Origin: Octopus vulgaris
Lineage: Eukaryota
Direction: 5' to 3'
Assembly: GCA_951406725.2 (NCBI GenBank)
Contig: OX597818.1
Coordinates: forward strand, 89,342,001-89,406,000
Length of the DNA: 64,000 nucleotides
The notes beneath the pieces were generated by a model. It was not told where the DNA came from and ran no database searches. It saw nothing but the letters and a program-made list of their open reading frames with translations. The translations under genes were made by a program, and so were the position numbers. Positions 12,893 to 26,614 of this stretch are shown here, piece after piece. Every line of letters starts with the position of its first letter. The stretch's first letter is position 1.

Positions 12893-15524
12893 CAGACATA
12901 CCTCGACTTAAGTCATTTCGATTTAAGTCGCTTTCGATTATGCGTCGGTTTTCAAAAGTAATGTCTGGAAAAATAAAAATCAAGTTAGTCACTTTACTCG
13001 ACTTTAGGTCTGTCCGCCACAAATATTGGAATCGTAATATCACTAGAAAACCGTTAAAAGCACATAAAATCATGTTATTGTACAATAAATAAGAATAAAA
13101 GCATATAAAAACATATTAAAACACGTACGGTAAATGTTAAGATACACACCATAAAGTAGTGTAGCTTAGTGAACGACATCCTGAAATCAGCTGTGTCGTC
13201 TTATTTATCGGTCTTTCGGAGCTCATATTGCACTGTAGTTCGAATATCTATCGTTGGGTGTCGTTGTCACTCGTGTTTCCCGTGATTGTTTTGAATTCAG
13301 ATTTTTTTACGTCTGTGTATCGGCTACTTTCTCATTCTCATTCATTTGACTTTCTTTTTTGCTCCCATGGCTCCTAAGAAAATTCACAGTGAAAATGCTA
13401 AGCGCCATGCTATAATGCCGGAATATAAACTGGCTACGATAAAACGCCATGAAAAAGATGAAAAGTGGTAGCAGTTGCACGATCTTTTGGAATGAGTCGG
13501 ACAAGCGTATCGATGATTGTACATAATAAGGGCAAGATTTTAGCACGTTTCAAATCTGACGCTTCAGGGATGAAGAACACTGTCATGGATAAGAAAAGAG
13601 GCAAAATCTTTGAACAAATGGAAAGTCTTCTTTCTCTGTGGATTGTTAGGTTGAATCGTCAGCGTGCTTACTATTAGTCAAGAAATCATTTAAGAGAAAG
13701 CGTTGTCTTTGTTTGAGGACCTGAAGAATAAATATCTACGCGAGAAAGATGTAGAGTTCAAGGTAAGTCAAGGATGGTTCTTGAGATTTAAGGATCTAAG
13801 AAGTTATCATTCCATTATGAAGCAAGGTGAAAGTGCATCAGCTGACGAACAAGCTGCAGCGGAATTTCCTAATGCATTAAAGAAAATCATCGAAGAAAAC
13901 GGATTTCTTCCCGAACAGATTTTTAATGTAAACGAAACTCGATTGTATTGGAAAAGATTGTCAGACCGTTCGTTCATTTCTAAGAAGAAAACTATTCCAG
14001 GTTACAAGGTCTCAAAAGAACATATTGGGAGGTAATTGTGCAGATTTTAAGTTAAAGCCTTTGCTTGTGTATCATGCACCCAGCCCCGTGCCCTGAAGAA
14101 CATACCCAACACATCTCTCTCCCTCTCTCTCTCCCTCTGTCTGTCTCTCTCTCTCTTTCTTTCTCTCTCTCTCTCTCTCTCTGTTATGTGGATGGCTAAT
14201 TCAAAAGCATGGGTTTCTGTTGTTTTTGAAGATTGATTTTCCAATCATTTTATCCCAGTAGCAGAGAAGTACTGTAAGAAGAAGGGAATTCTTTTTAAGG
14301 TCTTACTTACCTTAGATAATGCTCCTGGCCACCCGCAAAACATCGTAGATTTTGACCCCAACGTTACCGTCGTATACCTTCTTCCGAACACCATGTCTCA
14401 TCTGCAGCCCTGGATCAGAGAATAATTGCTATCTTCAAGCGTTACTATATGAGGCGTATGCTACAGCAAGCAATAGCTGCAACTGATCTTGATGAGTCCA
14501 ACACACTTCGTGACTTTTGGAAGGGATACGATATCTACAAGGCTCTACAGAACATAGCAACGGGCATGGAATGATGTACAGAGCATGGCTATGAATGGTG
14601 CATAGAAGAAGCTTTACCCGCAACTCGTGAATGATTTTAAAAGGTTTGATAATGTTACCATCAACGAAACGTTGGTGACTACGAGCAAAGAACAGAAAAT
14701 AGATTTGGGAGAGGAGGATTTCACAGATTTATTTGAAAATGACAAGCAGCCCCTGACGAACGAGGATTTGATAGAACTTCACGAGCAGCAAAATAAAGAA
14801 GAAGAATTCGAACCTGAGCCACGTCACTTCACCATTAATAAAATGCAGGAAGCATTTGCATATATCGAAAAAAGTCTTTCTATGTTCGAGGATATGAATC
14901 CATATGCTCAACACTTTTCCAAGATTACGGGGAGCTTGTCACGAAACTTTTGCTCCTTATAATTTGTAAGGAAAAGAAGACAATTCAAGAAACTCTCAAC
15001 CGGTTTTTAAGCGCATCGTACAACAAGAACAGCCAGAGTCAGCTGTTGATGTTGACGATCCACAGCCATCAACATCCGCAATGTAAACCACCAAACTGTA
15101 TGTACGTATTGGTAAATTTAAAATAATTTAGTTCTTTTTTTTACTATTGCAAAATAATAATAATTTCTGAATTTGTTTTTTAAGCTTAAAAAAGACTTTT
15201 ATTTTACCATGTCTTATTGCAAATCGCATTCATAAATAAAGTGACTGCGATGTGCGATAAACACAGCCAAATTGTATTCATAAATTTAGATTCCTTTTTT
15301 TACTGTATTTTGTAAGCTTAAAATGAGTTTTTATTAACCATGTATTATTGCAAATGCATTCATAAATAAAGTACAGAACTGGGAATGGTTATTATCGGTT
15401 TAGCCTAGAAGACAAATAAATTCGGCCCAGCCTAGCCTAGAGATAAGTTAAATCGACATAAGTCGTTTTTCGACTTAAGTCGTGTCTCCAGAAACCAATT
15501 AACAACGAAGATGAAGTATGCCTG
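12893..15524 (+). mobile_element. Tigger/pogo-family DNA transposon, full length, degenerate
   Basis: TIRs CAG(A/G)CATAC(C/T)TC after TA; subterminal CGACTTAAGTC repeats; transposase fragments inside. Confidence 0.9.
13367..15085 (+). pseudogene. Tigger-type transposase (HTH, CENP-B HTH, DDE_1), multiple stops and frameshifts
   Basis: MAPKK, VARSFGMSRTSVS, FKVSQGWFLRFK, QIFNVNETRLYWK, LDNAPGHP, PNTMSHLQP. Confidence 0.85.
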
Positions 15525-15532
15525 TGCATATA

Positions 15533-16716
15533 AAGGGGTTGGACAAAATAATGGAAACACCTAGCATCATAGATTTGAAATATCTATAAAACCGCCAAAA
15601 GCTTGTTTATTTTTGTTTTTTGATTTATTATTAGTGTTGCTTAATACGTTTTGCTAAAATTGCTGTTTCTTTTCAGATATCATGAGGAAAAGGTTATTAA
15701 AATTCATTAAAATGACAAATTTACCCAGCTTTCAAAGTGGTGAAGTTGTTGGTGCTCATATAGCAGGCGCTAGCGTGACGAAAACAGCCGAAATATATGT
15801 TGTATCAAGAAGTAGTCTCGAAAATAATGACAGCCTTTGGGAAAGAGGGAAAAAATCTTCTCGTCGAAACAAAACTCCGGAAGAAAACCAAAACTTTCAG
15901 ATAGGGAGCTTAATGACCACTTCAAGAACCCAGTTTCCACAGAAACTGTTCGCCGAGAGCTGCACAAAGCCGGATTTCACGGGAGAGTTGTAATCAGAAA
16001 ACCACTACTTTCAAAAACAAACGTTGCAAAGTGTTTAGAGTGAAGTAAAAAAACTACAGAATTGGTCCCTAGAGCAGTGGAAGAATGTTATTTTCTTGGA
16101 CGTATCATCCTTTACCTTATTTCCAACCACCGGCCGAGTATCTGTGTGGAGACAGCCAAAAGGAGCATTTGACCCAGACTGCCTTCTTCCAATTTTTAAA
16201 CATGGAGGAGGATCTATGATGATCTGGGTGGGGGTATATCTTGGAAATCCGCCGGCCCAATGGTTTCCCTTCATGGCAGAATTAATAGTCACGACGATTT
16301 AAGCATTTTATCCGATCAAATTCAAACTATGGTTGCGGAACTGTTTCCAGAGGGAAACACACTCTTTCATGATGATAATGCACCAATTTACACAGCAGAA
16401 GTTGTTAGTGAATGTCACGAGGAACATTCTATTGAAGTTGAACATCTTATCTGTCCCCGGATCTCAATATTATTGAACATTTATGGTGCATTTTAGAAAA
16501 GCAAGTAAGGAGTCGATATCCTCCACCATCATCACAGCCAGAACTGGAGACTGTTTTAGCTGAAGAATGGACATAATTCCTTTGGAAACAATTCAAACTT
16601 TGTACGAGTCCATACCTCGTAGAATTCAGGCTGTAATAACTGCCAAAGGCGGTCCTACACCTTATTAAAATAAATTTGAAATTTTAAGGTGTTTCCATTA
16701 TTTTGTCCAACCACTG
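15533..16716 (+). mobile_element. Tc1-family DNA transposon, degenerate
   Basis: TIRs GGTTGGACAAAATAATGGAAACACCT at both ends with TA flanks; fragments GRKPKLSDR, TVRRELH, RKPLLS, KHGGGSMMIW, FHDDNAPI, GGPTPY*. Confidence 0.9.
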
Positions 16717-17849
16717 TATATATTATTCAACGTTATTTTGAGCGTTATAAAGTGCTCTGGAAATGGGGGCAAATGGCGAAATGGCAGAATAATTAGGTCA
16801 TCGCACAAAATAGTTTATCCTACTAGTTCCTGATCGTTACGAACTGGGCTCAAATCTTGCAGCGGTCGGTTCTTTTTATCCTTCGAAATCATTATAATAA
16901 AATTCCAGACAACTGCGGTATAATATTTGAATTGTTATAATATTGAATAAAAATTCTTTTCAGTAGATTTCCTTTGTCATTTCCTTTCTCTTCTGAGTAC
17001 CCAGCCAAGTATGGCGGTAAACTTGTCTGTATCTAACTGAGAAGATGCTGTTCTGTAACGAAAATACCGCAAGGAAAGCAACCGAAAAAACTATTATTGT
17101 ATTTGCTCGTGAATATTCCGTGATAAAGCACACAGGTATCATCATGGATGATAGCAGCGGTCGTTCGTCGAACTGACGGCGTAGGAAGAAAGAAATGAAA
17201 TGAACGATATGCTTTTGTGTATGCGCATGCCCGTGTGTGTGTATTTGTACGTACATGCATACATACACACATACGTACATACATACATACATCCACACAT
17301 ACACACATACACACACACATACATACATATACACATACATACATACATACATACACACACACATACATACATACACACATACATACATACATACACACAT
17401 ACACACACACATACATACATATATACATACATACACACACACATACATACATATATACGTACATACATACACACATACACACACACACATACATTCATAC
17501 ATACAAACATACATTCGTATATACACATTAATAACTAGTTATTTATAGATAGCGTACTATGTGTGTAAAAACGTATACATATATATATATATACATATGT
17601 GTTTCTGTGTGTGTGTGCGTGTGTGTGTGTGTGTGTGAGTGTGTGTGAGTCTATTCAGTTTTATATGTGTGTGTATCTGTGTGTACACCCGCGCGCATTT
17701 GTATTCGACAAATTCTAACGTGATGGAATCTAGAATTGTTTTAAGTGGCATTATTCTATAGATAGATATACATATATATACATACGCATATATGATATAT
17801 ATATGCATATACATGCATGTTTGTATGTGTATAATATATATGCATTCAT

Positions 17850-17883
<34 letters not shown>

Positions 17884-18196
17884 ATATGTATTTATATATA
17901 TATATATACAAACGAGTATGTATAAACTTTATATGTATAATATATATATATATACATATGTATGTATATGTGTGTATATATATATAAACACGCATACATA
18001 TGTATGTGCATATTAATGTATGCATATGCATAGATGCATATCTACGCATATATATATATATATATATACACATGCATTTACATAACTATGCAGTCATAAA
18101 TACACACATATATGTATATATATTTATAAGTACATATATAAATACACGTATACGGACAGACACATAGATAGATAGAGAGAGATATACATACATATA

Positions 18197-18228
<32 letters not shown>

Positions 18229-18927
18229 CACATGCTTATAAGCACACACATAAATACACAGCCACACGTATACATTTATATAGACACATGCGTAAGTGTT
18301 TTATACGTTCTTGTGTGTGTGTGTGTTTATGTCTGTGTGCACGCGTGCATTTGTATGTGAGTGTGTGTGCGTATGTGTGTATGTTGTCTTGGATTTTTCT
18401 GGTGTTTCTTAAACCGTGCAAGATTTTTTTTTCCTAACAAAAAATGCCTCAATGGCAATGTTTGTTGTTGTTGTTGTTGTTGCTGTTGCTGTTCTTATTG
18501 TAGTGCTCGAAGAGGTAGTAGTCTTGTACAAGGTTTCGCTACTGGTGAATCTACAATTTGCAACCTTGTTTTAACCTCTACCAAAGCTTCCACGATCACT
18601 TATACATTTACGTTCAATAGCTTAATTCTGACATAAAGGTTCGCATGTCACAAGCAGCTGTTGATATTAGGAAAAGCTGTGCACGCGTAGCTAAAACTCA
18701 GCAGATAACCTCTGTGACCAAACTGACGATAAAAAGCGACATGTCAGGCTATCTTGTAGTAAAGAGAGGAAACTTGAACGAAATTGTAGAGAGAAACGAA
18801 GCGGAGTAGAATTTGGAGCGAATGGCAATGAAGAACAGAGAGAAAGAGAGAGTTAAGTGAAATAGCGAGGACTTGATTTGGTTGCGAAGAAAAGCATACA
18901 TACGTATATACATACATGCATGCATAT

Positions 18928-18988
<61 letters not shown>

Positions 18989-19012
18989 ATATATATACAT
19001 GTGTGCGTGTGT

Positions 19013-19069
<57 letters not shown>

Positions 19070-19228
19070 CAGAAATAAATATATATATACACATATAAAC
19101 ATATATATATACACATGTGCGCGCTCATGCACGAAATTGCCACGGAAATATTCAAAAAAGCGTGCAAAGAAAAGTACATTCAGAAATATGCATTTAAATA
19201 CATACAGAAACGAGTACACACACACGCA

Positions 19229-19278
<50 letters not shown>

Positions 19279-19545
19279 CACACATACATATATACATATA
19301 AATACGTATCATCCTTTTATTCTTTTATTCTTTTACTGGTTTCAGCCATTTGACTGAGGCCATGTTGGAGCACCGTCTTTAATCGAACAAATCGATCCCA
19401 GGACTTGACAACCGATGTTGGTGGTTTATGTCTCCCTAACTTAGCGGTTCGGTAAAGGAAACCGATAGAATAAGTACTAGACTAACAAAGAATAAGTCCT
19501 GGAGTCAAATGACTGAAACAAATAAAAGAGTAAAAGAATATAGAC

Positions 19546-19586
<41 letters not shown>

Positions 19587-19678
19587 CCCATATAAAGACA
19601 GAGAGACAGTCAGACAGACAGACAGATAGATAGACAGGGATTAAGTATAATTTATATACGTGCGTGCATAAACATACA

Positions 19679-19721
<43 letters not shown>

Positions 19722-19729
19722 CTCCTCCT

Positions 19730-20310
19730 CCCTCCCGTCGCGGTCACGTGATGAGATGGCTATTTCTGTCTTTCTTCTCCTGGCCTCCTTCAAGTAGAGA
19801 CGGTAATATCTGTTGCTCTCTGTCGTTCTCAAACAATAGCGTTTGTAAAAAATGTTTATCTCGTTTGGCTTAACAGCCCTTCTTGTTTGTGTTACTGTTA
19901 TTCTCCGTGTCCTGTCTTTTACTGTTTATATTTTGTACTGTCATTACTGTCCTGTTTTTGATACCATTTTTACCCCTCCGCAAAAAAATCTCAAATTTTA
20001 TTTAATTTGATTTTCGCGGGAAGGAAATTTTCATTGAAGTAATGTATCGCCTTGACCTTCGAAACGTGGAGTAGATGAATTTAAGGCGACTGAAGAAGGG
20101 GATTTTTCCTTGTTTCGTATGTCCTGTACTCTATTTTTTCGTTGTTTTTAAAAAATGTCCATTTCCTTGGTTTTGTGTTTATGTTTTCGTTTTTCATTGT
20201 GTTCAACGTTTTTTTGGTGCCCTGTACCCATATATGCATGTATATATACATGTAGAGGTAGGTACGTACATATATGTATGTATATATGCATATGTTTTAT
20301 TTATTTATTA

Positions 20311-20312
<2 letters not shown>
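19730..20312 (+). mobile_element. Non-coding (TA)n-embedded element carrying a rearranged hammerhead (homologue at ~60275-60790, minus)
   Basis: Colinear similarity with the reverse complement of 60275-60620, including the T-rich tail and TAGGTACGTACATATATG end. Confidence 0.7.
20042..20101 (+). ncRNA. Candidate non-circularly permuted hammerhead ribozyme, copy 1
   Basis: ATGT-A-TCGCCTTGA / CCTTC-GAAA-CGT / 13 nt / TTAAGGCGA-CTGAAGA-AGGGG. Confidence 0.65.
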
Positions 20313-20346
<34 letters not shown>

Positions 20347-20440
20347 TTCCAAATGATACAAAAACAAAACAGGAAACAAAAGACGAAAACAGGAACGGAA
20401 TCAACAAACAGAATGTATTAGTCAGAGAAAATGGAAGAAG

Positions 20441-20478
20441 TCTTTGACGCTTCGAGTCTGTGCTGTTCTACAGAAAAG
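20441..20478 (-). ncRNA. Degenerate minimal hammerhead-like motif (CUGUAGA core)
   Basis: CTTTT-CTGTAGAA-cagcacagactc-GAAG-CGTC-AAAGA; same family as 31455. Confidence 0.35.
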
Positions 20479-20542
20479 AAAGAGGAGAGAAAACAGATGG
20501 AAAGAGAAAAATACAATGGAACACACACACACACACACATAG

Positions 20543-20599
<57 letters not shown>

Positions 20600-20872
20600 A
20601 GGTTTATAGATTTAAGAAGCTGTGATTCATCAACATTTGAATTGTCAAAATATCGTCGCGACGCGACGCATACAAATCCGTTGATCTCGGAGATGCAGCA
20701 CGATTTTCATGAACAGGTCATTTGCGACGAAATATTTGAAAATTAAACTTAAATGTTAGTGAATCACATTGTGTTTTTAAATGGCTATACACTTCCCCTG
20801 CAATTGTTTCGTTTCAGCACACGATCTCAGATCAAATATATCGAGTACATCTCCGTAATATATATATATATA

Positions 20873-21500
20873 ATATAGAATTTTTCGAAAAAAATTCTAT
20901 CAATGGCCAGCATATTAAAAAATACCTTTAAAGGTTAAATTTATAAACAATTTATAAGTAAGGGCAAAAGAAAAAATTTCTAATGCCAAAATATGCCGTA
21001 AATAGACACAACATCAATAACCATGTAATTTATCACTACAAGCACGTGTTTCGAAGAAAGCCGACAGAAATTTCTAAAAAATTCCGTTACTACCATATCG
21101 GACCCGATATGGCAATATGCTGGCCATTGATAGAATTTTTTTCGAAAAATTCTATCCTATATTAGATGTTAATTTAATCGTGTTCACAGTTTTTCGGTTC
21201 GAATCGTACGTGTCTCGAGGTGTGCTATAGAGTTTCTATTTTGGATATATTTGGGGTATTTAATTGTGTTTGTGGCTTAGTGTTCGCTTCTTCCATGGGT
21301 ATAAGTAAGTATTTCACTTATTTCTTTACCGCATTTATCACTAACTCTGAAATCGGGTCCGATATGGTAATAACGAAATTTTTTAGAAATTTCTGTCGGC
21401 TTTCTTCGAAACACGGGCTTGTAGTGATAAATTACATGGTTATTGACATTGTGTCTATTTTCGGCATATTTTGGCATTAGAAATTTTTCTTTTGCCCTTA
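20873..21500. repeat. Interleaved inverted repeats (pseudo-LTR type) next to the PLE
   Basis: ~20958-21108 pairs with ~21353-21500; ~20875-20915 pairs with ~21116-21154. Confidence 0.85.
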
Positions 21501-22242
21501 ATCGGCACAACAAGAAATATATTTATCTCTTTTTATAGAAACAAAAGGGTTTATAGGACTGCAAAAGAAGTGCTCAAATATAAATGAGACGAAGATAAAG
21601 AAGCATTGGTTATAGAACAAGCATTAAATTCGGATCAACGACTTTACATACAACATCACCTCTCAAACATTTAATCATATATAAAAATCGCCATGATTCG
21701 CAAACACATAAAAAAATAATACATATACATAAAATCACAGAAGATAAAAGTATATAATCGAATAAAATACAAATAGAACGGCCTATCAAAAAGTTAAATA
21801 TAAACGGCTAAAAATTCAAAACTACCAAAAATCTTAATAGACAAATATAAAATAAGTAAAGGAAAAAATAAAATAAAATAAAATAAATGTCTACCAACTA
21901 AAAAAAAGTTTTATCAAACGGTTAAAATATTAAAAAAAAAATTTTAAGCTTTTTTCTAAATATTTGAAAAAATATTCGAAAAAAGTCTTTTACTTCCCTC
22001 ATACAAGTGCCTTCAAAGTTCATAGGTAAACAGATTTCAACATGTCAAATTCACATACATCTTGAAAAAAGTATTTTACTCCCCTCTCACAAGTACGTCC
22101 TAAAGTTCATAATAAGCAGACTTCACAGGTCAAATTCAACATTCACATATATCTATGGCCATTTCGGGAGCTCACCACCGCAGCTTATTTACACTAAAGT
22201 GCATATAAAATGCATATAAATAGAAGCGAGTTCAATGGGTAA

Positions 22243-22890
22243 GTGCACTGGAGATGTTCTTATGATGGAAACCCCGGTTCTGGGCAGGTAAGTTCTGATG
22301 CGCCTAAGATTAGTGATGCCATCATGTTACTCCCACCGGATGTATCGAACCCCAGTAATGAGAGATGTGAAGGAGTAAATGTGAGAAACCTGATAAGTAT
22401 TGTTAGTAGTAGAAATAAGGTTACGGATGGCCCTGGGAAATCATGTAATTGTAGAAACCCTGGATTATGTCCCCTTGATGGGTTCTGTCTAATTACTAAT
22501 GTAATTTATAAATGCGTTGTTAAGGATGAGGATAATTTAGATAAGTTTAATATAAGTAGTACAGTAAATTTTAAGGCTAGGTATATGGCCCAAATGAGCT
22601 CGTCTTCAAATGAAAAATACTGTAGCTCTACCACACTAGCTTCTTATATACATGATCTAAAGAGGAATAATAAGAGTTATTCTCTGAAATGGTCCGTTAT
22701 TTCGAGAGCCCCTTACTTCAGAGTAAATAAAAGTAAGTGAAAGTTGTGTGTAAAAGAATCCCTTGCCATCCTTAAGTTTTGGGGGCCAAAAACTTTGAAT
22801 GGATTTACTGAGGTGATCCCTTTTTGCAACCATAGGTTTTCGTCCACCTTTTGGAAAGTGTATAGAAATAAAAGTAGATGTAATAAAATT
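22243..22890 (+). pseudogene. PLE Cys-rich linker + GIY-YIG endonuclease remnant
   Basis: CNCRNPGLCPLDGFCLITNVIYKC, FKARY, STTLASYIHDLK, LKWSVI, CVKE. Confidence 0.8.
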
Positions 22891-23008
22891 GTTTAGCGTT
22901 GAATGTCTTATTGATTTTCTTGAAGCTAGTGACATGGTTACGATAACGATTCTTAAATGAATCAGCCATCTGCGCAATGTACAGGATTTGTACTCATACA
23001 GATGTTCA

Positions 23009-24520
23009 TCAATGAGCATTTTGATTTTTTTTATTTGTATACATGGCAGATCTGACTTCGTTTTCCGACGCTGTTACCGTGTTAGCTATATCATAAGCAT
23101 TTCTACTATCACAATTCGGCCCTATTTGGTGCTTTTCGTTGCAGTTTACATCTCCTTTGTTGGTATGTAGATGCGTATGTTCACTAGATCTAGTAGGAAG
23201 GTTATTGAACTTTAGTGCATTATTTATGCGGTGCATTTGCTACTCTGAATTTGAAGAGTTAGCGTAGGGTACCTTCACAGTGTGCCGATTAAAAATAGCA
23301 TGGTATCTATTAGGTTTAGGAAAACATTTGTCCAAAGTAGCAAAAGGTTTTCCAGCGATCCTGGTTGAAACATGCGAACCGAAAGTTGGGTTGAACCAGA
23401 GGACATCATGGTTCCTAAATCTGTTGTTTGGCTTATTTGATATTGTGTGTTGTGCAGGACTGGAACAATTTACAGTGTTGTGAGCAGTTGGATTATTGTG
23501 TCGCGCGTGTCTATGAGTTATCGTTGGTAGATTATTGTCTTGACCAATTCTTCCTGGCCTGTATTCTCGAGCTGAGTGACGTTGTGAATGGGGAGGTTAA
23601 AGCTGAACTTAATTCATTCATACTTTACAGTAAATTATGTTAGCAGTTACTCAAATTCATTCCCCCTGTATTGTGTATTATTATTGGCTAAAGCAGCATT
23701 ATAATAAGCTGTATGTGATTTGGAAAGTGTATTATTAGCGGATAATCTAGAAATTCTTGTTGAAATATTCTTAACTAATCCCCGTATTATTGTGGCTGGA
23801 TGGTTGGATGCTACATTTATGTACTTAATATGATCATTTGGTTTATGAAATGGTTCAAATAATCCAATATTAAGACAGAAGGTAGCGTCAAAAAAGTTAT
23901 TCTACGATAATCCTTTCTCGTAGTAATGTGTAGTCCTAAATTTTTAAAAGCGCTAAAGAAATTTTTCCTATGCCTTTCTAACTGTACTTTATTATTTCTG
24001 CCCAGAAAGAATAGGACAGCATCCCTATATAGACCCCGCTATTACTCCCGGATATGAATCCTGGATTAATGATATGAATATATATTCTGACTATGTCTGT
24101 AACCTGTGCAGAATCAGATGACTCCATTGCCATATAAAAAGCATTCTCTCTATCTAATCTACTCCATAATCTACTATTAAAATCTACTAAAGTGGATCAC
24201 GGTGCAAGTATTATATCTATTTCGCGTTGGGACAAATCGGAATTTCTCATGCTATAAATCAGGGTTTTATTGCTCTCTGTATCTAGTTGCAAGAATTTAC
24301 TATTCTTGCTAATTTTTAGAAGCTTAAACCATCCAACCACCTCTTGGGCATCTGACAAGAAGGCTAATCTAATTTTAGGCTTAAGAGTGGGTAGTACTCT
24401 ATCAATGATTTTTTTACTAATAATGCCTATATCGGATTTAGAAGGACAAGTCAATCTAACTGAAGGGTCAATAAGTTAGGCTTATGGTCCTTAAGCATAA
24501 TCTGGGGTTTTCTAGGAACG
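23009..24520 (-). pseudogene. PLE reverse transcriptase/thumb remnant
   Basis: PSKSDIGIISKKIID, MESSDSAQVTDIV, LYRD, FFDATF, FHKPNDHIKYINVASNHP, YYNAAL, WFNPTF, FNRHTVKVPY. Confidence 0.8.
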
Positions 24521-24563
24521 CATGGCTCGGTTCTATCATCTATATACATACATATATATATAT

Positions 24564-24733
<170 letters not shown>

Positions 24734-24945
24734 CACAGAAACCGGGAAAACAGCCTTATGGGACTATATGACTCAGGAAAGCGCTTTATTATTTTTTAAT
24801 ACCTTTTTTATCCTTTCATATTACTGGCCTTGTGTCTAAATCATAAATAAGCTAAATTATTTCTTTTTAGTTCAGTAATTTATAGCTACTTTTAGTATTT
24901 TCGGTGCGTTTGCAGTTGATTGCAATATTATTAATACTTTTCCAC

Positions 24946-25409
24946 CTTCTTAAGCCTTCTTCGGTACCCTGGGAACCCTTCCAATATTTTATTGTCTCAT
25001 AGAGTCCTTCTCAACAATTTCTCCTTTCGTTTTCAATTTTGCTTTGTTTTGTTTTTGTTTTGTTTTGTTTTTTGTGTTATTTTTTTTGTTTTGTTTTTAT
25101 ATAAGGTTTTCTTAATGTTTTTCTTTTGCGTAGTAATTCAAGTGTGCAGACAATGTAATGTATGATAAATTATAACATCAATAGTGGTGGGGGGGGAGAT
25201 ATCTTGTATTGAATTGATTTATTGGAAAAGGAGAAGGAAAAAATAAAAACAACGATGCCAGGAACTTGAAAGAATTTAGAAAGTAATATTGGAGATTATA
25301 TCCAAAGACGGAATTTTCACCGTATGTTGTCTTACGATATTTTTTTTATTGTAGTTTCTTCTTTTTTAATCTCTACAACCATACAGACATCTGTACATAT
25401 GAACGTGTG

Positions 25410-25458
<49 letters not shown>

Positions 25459-25547
25459 CTTATATATGTGTATAAATATATATACATAAGCATATGCGTT
25501 TGTATAAATATAGATATATAAATATAAATATATGTATATACATACAT

Positions 25548-25613
<66 letters not shown>

Positions 25614-26614
25614 TTGTATGAATGTATATATACATATGTACATGCACATGTGTGTAGATGTATATGTGCTGCGCGTATGTATGGATATGTACAGATAGCT
25701 ATACATATGTGAAAATATGTATATGCGTGTGTGTGGAGAGAGAGAAAGAGAGAGACACACATATATACATACAAATAAACACATACACTCATTGATATGT
25801 GTGTGTGTGTGTGCGTGTGAACTTATATGTGTGCATGCACACACACACACGCGCGCATACACTCCTAAATCTTCATAACAGTCTTAGGGGAGTTGTGGGA
25901 GAGACCATAGTATTGTTTTTTGCTTATAATGTTTTTCTTGTTCATATTCTTGATTATTGGTCCTACTTTCACTTTCATATTTGGCATATTTCCATCTCGT
26001 AGAATTGGTACTCTGATACAGTCTCAACTTCCTTGCATCTAGTGGTTTCGACTCAAGAGATACAAAAGTGTATGTGAGTGCCTTATCTCGTAGAATTGGT
26101 ACTCTGATACAGTTTCAACTTCCTTGCATCTAGTGGTTTCGACTCAAGAGATACAAAAGTATATGTGAGTGCCTTGCGTTTTCCCATTTATGGTATCTGG
26201 AAGTCTGCTTGGCTCTCCGACTGGACAGAGCAGTCCCAAAGTATCATACTCGTTCCACTGTCACATACACTTTTTTTTTTTTTTTTTTACTCTCTTCTCA
26301 CTTCTATTCTATCACTAACAACATGCTTATATGCTCCTCTGCACATGCTGATTTCATGCCACTGCCATTTAAGCCTACCCAGTACTTTTATCCTTCTTCT
26401 TGTCGAATTCGATAAGGATACACAATGATAGTTAATGTAGTAATTTCTTGAATTACTACGCAAAAGAAAAACATTAAGAAAACCTTATATGAAAAAATGT
26501 TTTTTTTTAAAGACAAAGCAAAATTGAAAACGAAAGGAGAAATTGTTGAGAAGAACTCCATGAGACAATAAAATATTTGAAGGATTCCCAGGGTACCGAA
26601 GAAGGCTTAAGAAG
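24946..26614. repeat. ~170-200-bp inverted repeat pair with ~1.3-kb spacer
   Basis: 24946-25142 is the reverse complement of 26447-26614 apart from a T-rich length difference. Confidence 0.85.
25994..26175. repeat. 91-bp tandem duplication
   Basis: ATCTCGTAGAATTGGTACTCTGATACAG...GTGAGTGCCTT occurs twice, near identical. Confidence 0.9.

Noticed and set aside
18490-18840. Unique-looking block after a TTCTTATTGTAG acceptor-like site
   Set aside because: No matching donor or recognisable product; cannot be supported
21337-21430. TATCACTA...CTGAAAT...GAAACAC...TAGTGATA hammerhead-like frame in the PLE-adjacent repeat
   Set aside because: Core does not match CUGANGA or a compensated variant and junction spacing is wrong
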